A stretch of DNA of 61,827 nucleotides, counting the filler, from Cladosporium halotolerans (lineage: Eukaryota), in NCBI RefSeq assembly GCF_011745625.1. It is 5 parts of 5 records of this genome, joined end to end, with 100 filler letters (N's around TTAATTAATTAA, not from the genome) between each part and the next. Parts side by side here need not be neighbours in the genome. Positions count along the whole stretch, not along the records: positions 12,483 to 24,789 come from NW_027191579.1; 4 more parts are not named here. One strand, given 5' to 3'. Positions 12,383 to 24,563 of the stretch are shown here, in pieces. The notes beneath the pieces are model-generated. The model was not told where the DNA came from. It ran no database searches and worked only from the letters and a program-made list of their open reading frames with translations. Numbering within the stretch: position 1 is the first letter of the stretch; the number at the start of each line of letters is the position of its first letter. Position numbers and translations under genes: made by a program.

Positions 12383-12482
12383 NNNNNNNNNNNNNNNNNN
12401 NNNNNNNNNNNNNNNNNNNNNNNNNNTTAATTAATTAANNNNNNNNNNNNNNNNNNNNNNNNNNNNNNNNNNNNNNNNNNNN
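12383..12482. other. Artificial contig linker
   Basis: 100 nt of N containing TTAATTAATTAA (stops in all six frames). Confidence 0.98.
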
Positions 12483-13951
12483 GAGAACGGGATCTCATCC
12501 GGCCCAGGAGCCTTGTTGGGGTTCGGTCGTGTTATTGCCCTCTCGATCTCTTCATCTGTCACTGCCGGCAGTGGTCCGACACGAGTGTGCTGCCCTTCTT
12601 CGGCTTGCCGGGTTGCTAGAGGTCCTTGTGGCGGTGGCGGAATGGGGAAGAAACTCTCCATCAATACATCCGCTTTTTCTTCGTCACTCTCGGCCGTACG
12701 ACTTTCATTGTGAAGTGTTGGGATTCTGGTTTCGCGAGACACTAATTTCGAGATCGAATTCGCTTTCCAGATATTATTCTGGTCAGCCAGGAAATCATGC
12801 CAGTGCCTCTTCTTTTGAGTCTCCATCTCCTGGCAAAAACGACGTTTTGCAAGCGAAAATTTCTCTTGGACTTCGTCCAGCGCTTCCCCCCTGCGCCGCT
12901 GGGTTGTGACAGCATTCCTGGCAGCAGTCATATTGCTCCTTAATACAGTCAGCTCTGGTGTCCACCATCTCTTCACATATGGCGAGGGTTTGGCCCGAGG
13001 CACTCTTGAATGGATCTCTTCTGTGACCACACTTGTGAAATGCATCGCACACTTTTCTAATTCGTCCTCGGAGATCCTGCCTGGAATGTCAGAGAGTGGC
13101 AATCGCGTCGCGATTGCGTGGCCGATAGTTTTCCAGTCAGCTTTCTGGAACTGTAGCTTCCGCCTGCGATCTCGGGGCGCATCCGCAACAAGATCGAATC
13201 TCATCTCGATTGGCTTGTGGTCCGAACCATGATCTGTCCCGTACACTCTGCAGCACGTTTGACACTCTACCATGCCTTCTGAGGCCAAGATCACATCGAT
13301 CGAGGATCGAGCGACGCCACCTGGTTGCTCCCACGTCACGGTGCCCGGTGTAAGCAGCGACTGTAGGCCATACTCTTGAGCCAGATTCACTACCTGGATG
13401 CCTTCGTCACGCCTGTCGGGAGCCACGCCTGCGATTCCACCCCACAGAACGTCGTGACGGTTGAGATCGGTGCACAAGATTATCTGTGAAGCGTCCCCTA
13501 TAGCTTGTCTGGTTGCATCTACCAATTTTCGGACGTGGCCCAGCTTCTCCTGTAGGGCTGCTTCACGGTCACCCACGTGTGGTTCACTCCTTGGGTCGTA
13601 GATCGCAGCGATTAGCACAGTCATCCCCCTGAGTCTCATGGTCGCTGCAACTATGTCCGGGTCGTCGACCGGAATTTGTCTGGCGTGCATACAGACGTTG
13701 AAGTATAACATTGCCCGAAATACATGCCTTGTGTAGACTCCTGCTCTGTGTCGTGATGGTGTCATCGCATACCACCGACCATGCTGGTGCGTCCTTGGTT
13801 GTCCGTCATTCGGGTCTTCGTAGATATATGGCTCCAAGATGGCCAGTGCCGCGAAATCCTGCAAGTTCGTATCGTTGAATATGCTCCACTGAACATGTTT
13901 TCGCCTGCCGACATTGTAGTGCAGTATGCTGAGTCCGTCGATCATTTGCAT
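12483..13951 (-). CDS. LINE ORF2, AP-endonuclease domain and start of RT (truncated at gap)
   Basis: ILHYNV, ILEP, TDLNRH, SSIDVIL, GSDHKPI, KRWWTPEL and KAPGPDEIP; overlaps the ORF1 stop by 10 nt. Confidence 0.92.
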
Positions 13952-15423
13952 GGGTCGGGACTGTCCATCTCGGCATCCCTGTCGCCCGGGGCCGCGCTCT
14001 GTTCAGATCGCGTCGGGTGGGGGGTGACTGGTTCCTTCGGTAATTGGGCAAGATACTTCTTGTGCGCTGGGTGATGCTTACAGCACCAATCCTTGATCGT
14101 GTGTGCTCCTAGGCATGCCGGGCATTTCAATGCGGCAGTACCCGCGCAATCTCGAGTTTGGTGGCCACCGGAGCAATTTCCACATCGAGTGACCCGTCTA
14201 CAATTGGCTTGCGTATGTCCATACGCGTTGCAATTATAGCAGACCTTGGACGAAGTCTCCTGGAGATATTTCGAACAGAAGGCCCCGTACGCCCCGCCAC
14301 CAAACAGAGCCTGGCCTGTTTGCAAGAGCCATTCGGCAGCCGCCTTACTCTTGAGCCATATAACCATAGATCCGTTCGCTTTACGCGGGTCCAGCCTGCT
14401 AAGCCAGCTGGCTTTCATCGCCGTGAAGTCCAACCCTACCATTGCGTTATCCCTGGCGAACTCGGCGCAGACCTCTTGGCGGAGAGTACGTCCGTCTGGT
14501 GCTGTATCGTCCAACACGGCCCTCTTAGCGACCATGTCACACTTGACCGGATACCATGGCTCGCTCAACACTCTCGCATTCGGCATCGCAGCTCCGAGCC
14601 ACTCGACGCGGTTTCGGGCTCTTGTGGCATCTGCCGCAGAAGCGAAGACCACGTTAATCCTTTCACCTGGCAGCTGACGGAGACAAGTGATCTTCGCTTT
14701 TCCCATAGCTGCTCTATCATTGATTGCCTGTTGGAACTTGGATTTGACCGCTACAAAGTCCGACTTTTCGTCTTTGACCCTCGAGGTGTTGACCGTAATG
14801 GAACACTTATCGTCTTCGACACGCAACTTCTGTTGATGTTTCATTCCACTCGCTGTGTCGCCCTTTGCGATTGCTGTCGGCATGCTTGTCCTGGTGACTT
14901 CTGCATAAGTGGGAGCTTGTGTCTTGTTCTTGCTAGCCTGTATCATCTTCTTAAGCTCTCTTACTTCCTTCTTGAGATCTCTGACTTCCTGCCTCAGGTC
15001 AGAGATCTCTTCCATTTTCTCCTCATCCTCACGAGCCTTGCTCTCCTCGCGATCCAGTAAACGAAGGACCAAAGATTTGACCTCTTCGATCTGGTTCGCG
15101 GTGGAGCTTCCATCACTGGATCTTGCCAGGGCATCCTCTGCCCTGCGTTTCTTCGACACCTCGGCCTCCTGGCCTGGTTGACTGGTACCGGTCTTAGGCC
15201 TCGTCGTGGTACTCTTGGCTGCTTGCTTCGGCCTGCCCTTGGCCCTCGTTACTATCTGATATCCCTCTTCCGCCACCACCCCCAGCCTTGCCTCCGGCCT
15301 TGGCAACCCCGCACCGGCGTCAGCAAGGTCGGCGGCTCCCCCAGACTTCGCGCCCCGGGTTCCCCCAACACCCTCTTCATCCTCCACCATCACACAGTCG
15401 ATTTCAGAAATTTCGATATTCAT
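13942..15423 (-). CDS. LINE ORF1 (gag-like; coiled coil and three CCHC knuckles)
   Basis: CYNCNAYGHTQANC, CGNCSGGHQTRDC, CPACLGAHTIKDWC; coiled coil EEISDLRQEVRDLKKEVRELKK. Confidence 0.92.
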   Translation of the reverse strand: MNIEISEIDCVMVEDEEGVGGTRGAKSGGAADLADAGAGLPRPEARLGVVAEEGYQIVTRAKGRPKQAAKSTTTRPKTGTSQPGQEAEVSKKRRAEDALARSSDGSSTANQIEEVKSLVLRLLDREESKAREDEEKMEEISDLRQEVRDLKKEVRELKKMIQASKNKTQAPTYAEVTRTSMPTAIAKGDTASGMKHQQKLRVEDDKCSITVNTSRVKDEKSDFVAVKSKFQQAINDRAAMGKAKITCLRQLPGERINVVFASAADATRARNRVEWLGAAMPNARVLSEPWYPVKCDMVAKRAVLDDTAPDGRTLRQEVCAEFARDNAMVGLDFTAMKASWLSRLDPRKANGSMVIWLKSKAAAEWLLQTGQALFGGGAYGAFCSKYLQETSSKVCYNCNAYGHTQANCRRVTRCGNCSGGHQTRDCAGTAALKCPACLGAHTIKDWCCKHHPAHKKYLAQLPKEPVTPHPTRSEQSAAPGDRDAEMDSPDPCK

Positions 15424-15999
15424 GTCGTTTTTCTTTTACGGCTTTTTGTAGGACCTGCTGTTCGGCGGAGCATCCGATTGGCGCGGGGCTTCCCCGCACA
15501 CCCCTGAGCGTGGAACGTCTCCATATATGTATCTGTGTGTGCCCTTGTTGTGAAACTGGGTTCCTGCCCCTAAACACTGCAGCTGTTATCAGCTTATCAT
15601 ACGCTAGTGTTTCAGGTTGGCTACATATATACAGTCCTCACCCCCAAAATGTAGAGAATGTATGGGAATGATTTTGCGCACAAAGCTACTGATCAGAAAA
15701 TGATCAACAGCCCTCCTGCCACCTTTGCTGCCGGCTGGCATGCCTGCCAGTAGGGTGCTGACAAGATGATATGGCAATGGACCTTGACTCTGACAATGTC
15801 GAGTTTCCAGTCAAAGTTTGTTGTCTTGAACGAGTAACTTTACCTTTGCGGTGTACTCGTTTTAGTATCAAAGGGGCGATACGCCAGATCGTTCCTGATG
15901 TTCCAAAACATCAAATTACATTTCGTATGACGGCTGCGTCTCCACTGAACACTGACATATCACAGTGGCATATTACACATCTCGTCCGCCGCAGACACC

Positions 16000-18380
16000 T
16001 CAAAAAATACCCAAGGCCTCCACCAGACTGTTCAGCTCTTTGCCAGTGTCGGAGAAATCTGCCTCCATTTTCTTCATCGATGCCGCATGCTCTTGAAGCT
16101 CTGCGCGCTTGAGTCCCACTGCGTGTCTCCGCTCGTTGGCTTGACTGAGAGCTGCTGCCACTTGTTCTTCCATCTCTACTACCTGACTACGCAGCTGTGC
16201 CAATTGCGCACACAGATCATGATACTTCGGTCTGCCCACCTCAAGCTCAGCTTGCAGTGCTTTGAATTCGAGCATAGCAGAGCGCCTTTTCGGCTCGAGA
16301 TCTGCCAAGCACTCGGCAATTCGCTTTCGTTCCCATTGGATCCTGCGCGCGACCTCGACCATTTTTCCCAGCTCAAGTACTCCACTGTCTCCATCTATTC
16401 TCAGCTCGCGGCGACCTTGACGGTCTTCTTGAGCATCGTTAGGGATCTCTGTGTCATGCTCTGTATCGCTACGGCCAGCATCTTTCCTGCCGACATCCTG
16501 ACAGCCACCTCGTCTTGCCGCGTCCGTCATATTCTGGTCGGCTCTTCCGTTTTCGTGTCTTGTTCGTCTTTCTTCTCCCGATGGTTCGCTGCTTCCTGGC
16601 GCACTCGTCAGCTTTGCATGCTTTGCATTGACGCTCGTCCAATTGGTAGCGAAGCTCGAGAGCCTGGCCTCCGAGGTCGTTGAAGCCACATTTCCAAGCG
16701 CCGTCTCGGCGGAAAGTCGGGTTGGTTGTGACGTTGAAGGCTGGCCTTGGTGCACCGCTTATGATGCGAGTCTGGAATTTGTTCACTGTCGGGCCTGTCG
16801 TTACCGGTCGGGTTCGCATTGTGGTGTCCATGTTGTCCATCGCTCAAGATTTGCGCAGTGCCAGAGCCAGACGGTAGGGGCTGCGCTCGGTTGACGGGGA
16901 GGCCGTCGTGGAGCGATTTGGGCCCATCTCGTTGATGGGACGAGACGCTTTCCAAGGCGGGGCCCGGAAGCACTGCAGCCGAATCTTTCGCAGGCTGAGA
17001 CACCGGAGACAGCTTTTTGGATACGGGTCTCTCTAGCAAATCCTCCGCTCGCGTAGGAAGTGCAGAAGTCTGCCTTGGCGCTTTCGCTACACCGAGCAGT
17101 TTCTGCGGTGTTTGGGCGGATGTTGCTTGTACATCTTTACTTGGTACGGATTCACATGACGGTTTCGACATGTGCGGACCTTTGTGTACCGTCATTTGAC
17201 TGGACGGTCTCGACACCAGTTGCACCGACTGCTGTGACGATCGAGCGTCATTTTCGGAGACCTGTTCTACCGTGCGGTTCTCTATCGGCGTGGCTGTGCA
17301 TTCTGTCTGAGTTTGTAAAGGTCGGATTTGAGCGCTCGGATCAACGGAAGGCTCCTTTTGTACGTTTGTCCTGGTTGTGCGAGAAGCTTCACTAGGAGGC
17401 AGCTTCGGAGTCTCGCCGGGTTCGTCTGCGACACGCGTTGTGTCGATGTGCCTTTGTGTCTCTGGAGAAGGTCGTGTGACGCGCTCCTCGCCAGGCCTCG
17501 AGCCGGACGGAGAGAGCTTTCCATTCCGCCCCGATACCTGCCGGTGGCAATCGTTGCCGGGTTTCTTCTGTGATGGCGTCTCGAGTGGTAGCCTAGCGGG
17601 CTCTCCAGGGGTGATCTGCCCAGGACGCGAAGACTGACCATTCGCATCCGATATCTTCAGCGGAAGCTGTGGCAGCGCTTTATGATGCATGCGTTCTGCC
17701 TCTTTGTGAACACCTTTGGCAAGTTCTGGCGCTTCTGACGCTGTCAAGCTGTTGGGAGATTCCACTGCTGAGTGGTCCTTCTCCCTCATCCGAGGCCCAT
17801 TGTCCCGCTTCTTGCTCAATAGTCTTGTGTGCTGGAAAGCTGCCGTTTCAGTGGGCACGGCTTTGGAAGTAATTTTTGCTCGTTTTACCCGACAAAGTTC
17901 GTCAGATGTGGCGTCTTCTACCAACATATATCGATGGCTTTGGCCCCGGTTTTCAGTGCTTGCTGCTTTTCTTCGAATTTCATTGCTGCGCATCATTCCG
18001 ATGAGACTTTGATATACTGCCGCCTCGAAGCTTCCACGAGCTTTGAACCTCTGCTGGATAAGATCTCCCCAATGATGCTCAAGCAGAGCCCGGATCTCAG
18101 GCGGAAACAATCCTGGCTGTTCCGAAGGGAGGATCGTTCGGATAAGCAGCGACAGTGTGTCTTTCTCCCACGTCACGGAGATGTCTATTTCTTGCGAGAT
18201 CTTGCTTTGCGTTTCTTGGTACGAGACCATCTCCGATCGGTCGGAGGCGCTTGAGCTGCTCTGTGGCGTCTTGGGGGGAGAGACTGACTGAATTTTTTCA
18301 GATGGCTTGGGACGTTTCGCCAAAGGATAACTGGGTGGATCGCCTATTCCAGATCCGTCGTCAGCGAGTCTTTCAAACAA
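16000..18380 (-). CDS. Hypothetical large disordered protein with C-terminal coiled coil (two overlapping ORFs; may extend upstream to ~19440)
   Basis: 590-aa P/S/Q-rich ORF (16608-18380) overlapping a 251-aa ORF (16000-16755) with heptad-like repeats. No recognisable domain; joining them needs a frameshift or intron. Confidence 0.5.
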
Positions 18381-19548
18381 AAGACAGTAGCGTGGAGGTC
18401 ATTTAAGACACTTTCTCACCAGGTCTTTTCGAAGGTGTTTGCACCTCCACAGCACGAACGCTGCTGTCACCATTGACCTGCTGCCGATGTGTTTCGAAGT
18501 CTGTTTCAGCACCTGAACTTGGTGACATGTCACTGATGTAGTATCGCAAGGCCGCAGGTATGCGCTTTTGGCCAATGCCTGAGGAAGAGGGACTAGGCAA
18601 GCGGCGTCCGCTGGAGTGATACTTGTTGAACATAAGGGTTCAGCTTGGTAATGCCAAAAGTGGCGCGGATTTCTCGTCTTATCACGGTAGCAATCAGGGA
18701 ATTGGAAGACCAAGGGATGGCATGGAGCTCGCCCGCCTTATAGGTGGACCACGACTCATCGCCCGACGCACCCACATGACCATGCACGGTCCTGGAACGA
18801 GCGAGAGCCAGCATTCTGAGGGAGAACTCTTCCATGACATACGGTACTGAAGGGCTCCTCTGGTCAATGCTCCGCAAATACACGTTGCGTGTAAGCTCTC
18901 TTGGACAGCGGCTTGTTTCTGCGACTTTCGTGGAGCTTCTTGAGCTACTAGACCCCCCATCTAGACCTACACAGCAGCTTCGACGGAAGCAACACTATCG
19001 CGGGGTGGGTACTGTACTTTAGCTGATGGCGAGTCTTCCCTTCGATACGTTAGAGCAGAGCAGCATCACGCACATTTATGTTGGCACTCTTCTACTGTAC
19101 ATGAGCAGGGCTGTCCCGATCCGGCGCTCCAAACCAAGGTGACTGCTCTGGATGTTACTGTAGCTCAATAACAATAAGCGAGCCTTGCATTCTGCTGCCA
19201 TCATAGCGCAGCCAGCTTTGACTCTTCCGCATGACGACTGACTATTCTTGCCGAGACCTTCGCAAGCCAAAATGACCACTCCATCCACTTCAGGGCTAAG
19301 TGCTTCGCAAGCCACGTGTGCCTCTGGCAAGCCACCTCGGACATCTCCACAGCTCGTTCAGAATATTTCAATGGAGTTGTCACTGGAACCGGACTTTTGC
19401 TGAGGCGTCGATGGGTACTTTTTCGCTTACGAGATGTCATTGAGGTACATTCGAGCAGCTAACTTGCTAGCACGATGACGGGTCAAAGCACTAAATTAAG
19501 GCCGCGTGCAACTGTGGGCTTTGAATAAACTACCAATAGCTACTGACT

Positions 19549-20745
19549 CTACGTGTCCAGCATTTTCACGGCGGAGCAGGTTGTTCCGGGAGCGAGCAGC
19601 TGAATCTGCGCGCATCCTTTGTCGCACAACCCAAAATGTTCATTTCCAATGCATACAATGAGGTCTTTCGAAGAACAGGACACCAGGCCTGAGGGGCACG
19701 CACTGGAAGTGGTTGCGGTGGGTGACGCGTCGCATGTCGTAGACAGCGCCGCTGACCACAGAGCGTTTACAGACGTCACGGGCGGACTGCCTAAATTCGG
19801 CGTAATCTTTACGATTGATGAGTTGGTAAGAGACACGTAGCTGGCCCCTGTCGCCGTGAAAGGTCGTCTTCTGCAGTCACCTGTTGAAAGGCCATCTCCG
19901 GAGGAGCGGTATGTCTTCTCGGAACACGGCATCAGTGATTCAGCGGCTGCGTGATCCGTAGTTGTGTCCAAACCATGGCCGTCTTGAAGCTGAGATGCCA
20001 CGATGCTGCAGCTTGCGGTGGCAGATGGCCAGTTGCTTCCGTCAGTTGCTGACATGGAGGTTCGATATCTGCCAGGATCTGGAAACGCGACGTTGGTCCG
20101 TTCTGGAGGCGAGGTGCAAACACCAGCAGGACCGATGTTGGCGACGTACATGGCAGGGAGAGAATCCATTTCCACGCCTGTCCCTCCGACGATCTCGACA
20201 TTGGCGCAGTTCTGATACATCTCTCGTTCTCCAATAGCATTGAACCACGTCCAAGACAGGATCGCATGTCCGGATCGCAGGCCAGCCGGCAATGGCACTT
20301 CCCATGTGTGCACGCACTCAGCCTGTCCTGGGGACGAACAATAGCTCGCATTGCGTAGGTTCCCTGCGGAAGATGATGGACAGCCTCCCTCGATACTGTA
20401 TATCACGTGCCAGTTCGAAGGGCTCCGGAGCGTCTCGGCGTCGGTATCGTATGTGATAGCCACCTGGCAAGACCCTCCCCCGTGTACAGCGGTGTTGCTC
20501 CCGTTGGGACCCAGGTCGAGTCGAAGGGGAAAAGATGACCCGGCGTCCATGATCTGACCGCCCTCCTTGGGAAGTGCCGCGCCATGGCACGGGAAATTGC
20601 TGCCGTCCGCCATGAGGGGATCTTTTGGTGCAGCGCCTTCGATTGGCGTTGGAGAAGAGAGGAACATATGTGGGGAGACGGTTTGCGGGAAGGCCGTGAG
20701 GGACACAAAGGCAAGCAGCGCGAAGCAATGCGCGAAACGAGGCAT
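19549..20745 (-). CDS. AA11 lytic polysaccharide monooxygenase (chitin-type) with C-terminal Cys-rich X278-like module
   Basis: ATG at 20745 gives a signal peptide followed by mature His1 (HMFLSSPTP). Motifs DGSNFPC, AVHGGGSCQ, YSIEGGCP and WTWFN..G.REMYQNCA; C-terminal CIGNEHFGLCDKGCA..LAPGTTC. Confidence 0.92.
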   Translation of the reverse strand: MPRFAHCFALLAFVSLTAFPQTVSPHMFLSSPTPIEGAAPKDPLMADGSNFPCHGAALPKEGGQIMDAGSSFPLRLDLGPNGSNTAVHGGGSCQVAITYDTDAETLRSPSNWHVIYSIEGGCPSSSAGNLRNASYCSSPGQAECVHTWEVPLPAGLRSGHAILSWTWFNAIGEREMYQNCANVEIVGGTGVEMDSLPAMYVANIGPAGVCTSPPERTNVAFPDPGRYRTSMSATDGSNWPSATASCSIVASQLQDGHGLDTTTDHAAAESLMPCSEKTYRSSGDGLSTGDCRRRPFTATGASYVSLTNSSIVKITPNLGSPPVTSVNALWSAALSTTCDASPTATTSSACPSGLVSCSSKDLIVCIGNEHFGLCDKGCAQIQLLAPGTTCSAVKMLDT

Positions 20746-21172
20746 GGCTGCATCAACCAAGAAGGCTTCAACGAGAGGGAGCTCAAATTGTAGTACGCTC
20801 GAGCAGTACCTCGTGCTGGGTACCGATAGAATAATAGAAGGGAAGTGTTCCAAGGACGAGAAAAAGAGGGCGACCAAATGGAGTGGAAAAGCAGAGGTGC
20901 TAGCCCGTACTGTACGGGAAGGCCGCGCTGGCTTCATCGGATGACACACGACGAGAAGAATGCGTTCTCACGTCGGCTAATGCGAGGGCTATCAAACGCA
21001 CGGCCGCGTGGCCTTCTTGTGTGTTCCCTGATGCTTGGACTAATCGTAAGCACTGCCGCGAGTCTTTTAGTACGGTCGAAATCCTCGAGACAAATGTTGC
21101 TCCCGACTTCATCCTCTCTATTCACCCACAGTACGTCTATACGTACCAACACAACAACGATCATCCTTTGCC

Positions 21173-22072
21173 GTGGAATTGATGATGGAGGGAGACACAG
21201 ATTGCCGTGAGGCTTCCTCGAACAAAGAATCTCTGCACAGAATGAGCATCCGATTCATGCTCGCCGACGACCCTCCTGATACTGCACCGCAGGTTTTGCC
21301 GTCAACGAATTTCGAAGGGCGCATCGATTACAGCAATAGGACTCTTCACGGCAGCAATGACCGGCCAAGAGATCACAGCATCCCGGTCGCCAGCTGCGGT
21401 AGACTCCTCACAAGACACCGGATGGATGTCGATAAGACGTTTGCCGGTCACGAAACGGGCTCAATGCTCGCGAATGAGCATCTTCACTCGAGCGTCCGGC
21501 CAAGTCTTGTCGCACGATGGGTGGCTTCTCAGTCTCTTCCTTTCCTGACACAAACGAAGCTGGACTCGGGGACAGCACCAAGTGTTGACGGTCGGATTGG
21601 CGGACCAAGCTCGTCAGAAGGGCAACAAGCGATCGAGGAGCCGACTTGCTCTCTGGCACTCCTGGTTCGGAAAAGCGCGACTGATGCGCAGAACGACGCG
21701 AATCAAGGGATGCACATGTATCGAGCATGGTCTGCGGAGCCAGAGCATTCATCACTGACGGACAACCGTCGTTCCCGTCGTGCATATTCCATTGAGCAAA
21801 AGCTTTTCATCATGTACCACCGCATTCTCAAGGATAGCAAGTGGCAAGACATCTCCGCAGGGTTTAGCACGGTGTTTGGCGAAGATGTCACGGATCGCAC
21901 AATCAGGACTCTCATGAGCACGTACTACCGTACGCGAGAAGATTGGGGCTTGGACTATGTGACGAGGACGGCGCGAAGACCGAAGTCGGACAAGGCGGTG
22001 GTGCTGGAGCGAATGAAGCGTCTGGGCTTCGACGCGGATTATCGGCCTTGGAACATCTGTAGCGTAGATTGA
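21173..22072 (+). CDS. Putative Myb/SANT-like helix-turn-helix protein
   Basis: C-terminal RRAYSIEQKLFIMYHR..SKWQDISAGFSTVF..RTIRTLMSTYYR has Myb-like aromatic spacing; the N-terminus is disordered. Confidence 0.6.
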   Translation: MELMMEGDTDCREASSNKESLHRMSIRFMLADDPPDTAPQVLPSTNFEGRIDYSNRTLHGSNDRPRDHSIPVASCGRLLTRHRMDVDKTFAGHETGSMLANEHLHSSVRPSLVARWVASQSLPFLTQTKLDSGTAPSVDGRIGGPSSSEGQQAIEEPTCSLALLVRKSATDAQNDANQGMHMYRAWSAEPEHSSLTDNRRSRRAYSIEQKLFIMYHRILKDSKWQDISAGFSTVFGEDVTDRTIRTLMSTYYRTREDWGLDYVTRTARRPKSDKAVVLERMKRLGFDADYRPWNICSVD

Positions 22073-22592
22073 GCGTCCAGTTCAAGAACATGATGCTTCC
22101 CATCATCGAAGCTTGCTGCCAACTCCGCTGTCTTCTTGTACTAGCACGCTCTTACCAGAATAGATTACAACCTTGAGGAGTTAACCCGGACCGGTCCATC
22201 CTTTCACCATTTTCTTTGGCGAGGTGTTGAGCTCCGTCTGCGGAAGTCGTCCCGAATTGAAAAAGGGTGACGCGATGTCAAGCTTAGTCTGACCGGACTG
22301 GCTTTCGCAAAGTGCAAAGGATCCGTTGCTACAAAATCTGACCATCAGTACCTATCGTTGTACGTATTATGTGTAGACGGAGTGCTCAGAATAGCCGCTC
22401 GCAATAGCGGGTCAATACACCACACTTGTTGTATAGTACTTACAAGGCCACTTCGAAAACCCACAATGGTGTCGCCTGAGGCCGTCGATGGAGTTCAGTG
22501 TCACGCCAAAGGTCCCTTCTCGATCCCTCCTGGTAGGTTGGTTTAAGATCTCGCTAGGTTCATCAACTCCATCATTGACTGGAAGCCTAGAC

Positions 22593-23243
22593 ATGACAGC
22601 AGACCGTGAGTTGGACCTCCCGCCAGCGGAAGTCGTCGACGATCAGGATGATGAGATGTCCTGGGAGCTTCTCAACAAGATCATCCACGAGGTTTTCACC
22701 GCAGCCGACGGACAGATTGAGCGCGTAAGAGCCCACGCGGGACAGCATTCCATATTCCATGGCCATAAGGAGATGCGCTCGCATTCCACGAAGACAACAT
22801 CTGACAAAAAAACTGATGGAGCCGAGACACGCAGACCGCAATGTTTGCAAGGCGTGCGAAGGCCACAGAAGGATGACGAATACTGGTCCGTCTCTCCATC
22901 GGCATGGTCACGACTGTCACAAGCCCGGCAGGAGGTCTTGTCGCACGTCGGCCGTATCAACGAGACAGCAGAAGGTGTACAAGCTCCCGACGGTGATTGC
23001 TCCAAGTGTGCGCAGAGCGGAGCAGAATGCATGGTCTATCGTTCGGAGGCACGCATAGTCACCAGTGGCGATCAAGTCCTGTGTTGCAGTCGTTGCAGAT
23101 TCCGCGGCTTGGTCTGCTCTCGTCGCGAGACCGTGAAAGCGCGCGGGCGAAAACGTAAAGCTGTTGGGTTCGGCGCGTCGGTGTGCGATGAAGGTTATAA
23201 ATCAACGTCCAGGACAAAAAAGCGAGCGAAGACACGATGTTGA
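22593..23243 (+). CDS. Protein with atypical C-terminal Zn2Cys6-like cluster and basic NLS
   Basis: CSKCAQSGAEC, a long loop, then CSRCRFRGLVC, followed by KARGRKRK and RTKKRAK. The start may be 22488 or 22593. Confidence 0.6.
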   Translation: MTADRELDLPPAEVVDDQDDEMSWELLNKIIHEVFTAADGQIERVRAHAGQHSIFHGHKEMRSHSTKTTSDKKTDGAETRRPQCLQGVRRPQKDDEYWSVSPSAWSRLSQARQEVLSHVGRINETAEGVQAPDGDCSKCAQSGAECMVYRSEARIVTSGDQVLCCSRCRFRGLVCSRRETVKARGRKRKAVGFGASVCDEGYKSTSRTKKRAKTRC

Positions 23244-24563
23244 TGTAAATCGAGCTAGGATACTGTAAGATACATTGCTGTGATGATAAGATGCTTGCTT
23301 CAACCCGGGCTTTTAGCCCAAAACGGCTGCCAGTGTACCAACGTGCAGATGGAAGGCTTATGCCCACCTGATACTGTAGTGCAGTGCAGATGTATTGTTC
23401 GGTGGACACTGGCGCATCACGTCAGCAATGCGACGAAGATAGGCCATTTTCCATTTGTCATGTCATCCAACGGGGTACGACGTGGTCAGGGACTTTCTGG
23501 ACCCTCTACCTAGAGATTCTGAGACCCCGCTGATACAGATACAGTATGGTACAAGTATCCATTTCTCCTAGCCTGCGCCCAGGGATGTCTGCCTTTTGAT
23601 GCCTTAAATTACGTCCTTTCCAACCTCTTGCACCAAGAATCGTCACAAGAAAGACACCATGGGCTCAGGGCAGGAGAAGACTGCGAAAGACTCCAGCAGT
23701 TCAGCACACAAGACGACGGCGGAAGGTAAGCGGGCATCAGCCGCCATTCGATGGATCTCGATCAAAAGGCTGACATGACACTGGCTCAGGAGGCGAAGGG
23801 GAGCTTTGTGTGTTCTTCTTTGACGAGGAGCTTCAATCAAAGGAGAAAAAGAAGCGGCTTTCAAAAGAATGCATTGACCGACAAAGGCGACTAAGAGAAA
23901 AAATGAAGGCTGCCGAGTAAATCGCTCCCAGTGGAACCCCCTTTGCACTCGACTCTCTAACGCCTTATGTGTTTAAGCTTATAAGTCGCGTCTCGTATTT
24001 TCAACCATGGACATATCCTTCAGACAGGAGCCACAGGGAATGTACATATGAAGGAAGTCCTGCACGAAAGCTGAGAAGAAGCTGAGTAGAAGCAGCTGGC
24101 TTGCCAACCAGCATTTTGCAATCGGTCTGAAGCGGTACGACACAGACGATCGCGTTGGTATGCGTCTCATCATATTCTCTTCCGGCGGAGCACGCCCCTC
24201 GAGCGCAGAGCAGTGCCCTCTGATGCGCACTGTGTCGGCCAGAACATCATAGCCCCGCAGTAACGTTACCGCTTTCCAACCTGTCGATTCATGATCTTTC
24301 GACATATCGCAGATGTGTGGGGAGCATCTTTGATCAGAGCTAGCTGAGCGTCAATGTCGTGATTCACAAGGCACTTGCACGTCCTGTGGGATTGCTGTCA
24401 GGAATCGAGCTCGTCTTTCGTGCCGTGAACGAGGAATGTCGGCGTCTTTTGATTTCCAAGCTTAATCTGGGCAAGTGGGCTGCATCGTTGGATCTCCCGG
24501 AGTAGCGGCTGCGGCAGTGTGATTCAATCGAAGCACCACCTCTGGCCGTTCGAACTGTCATTG

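Larger units (their letters stand above)
12483..15710 (-). mobile_element. Tad1-like non-LTR retrotransposon (5' half; 3' part cut by the linker)
   Basis: Overlapping ORF1 and ORF2. The 5' boundary at ~15710 is inferred from the end of similarity with a second copy at 49578-49715. Confidence 0.9.

Noticed and set aside
12427..12438. TTAATTAATTAA palindrome repeated four times at ~12.3 kb spacing
   Set aside because: It is embedded in Ns and is an assembly linker, not biology.
14158..15060. Long antisense ORFs (also 44527-45312, 28621-29277, 16087-16683)
   Set aside because: They are shadow frames of real genes on the opposite strand.
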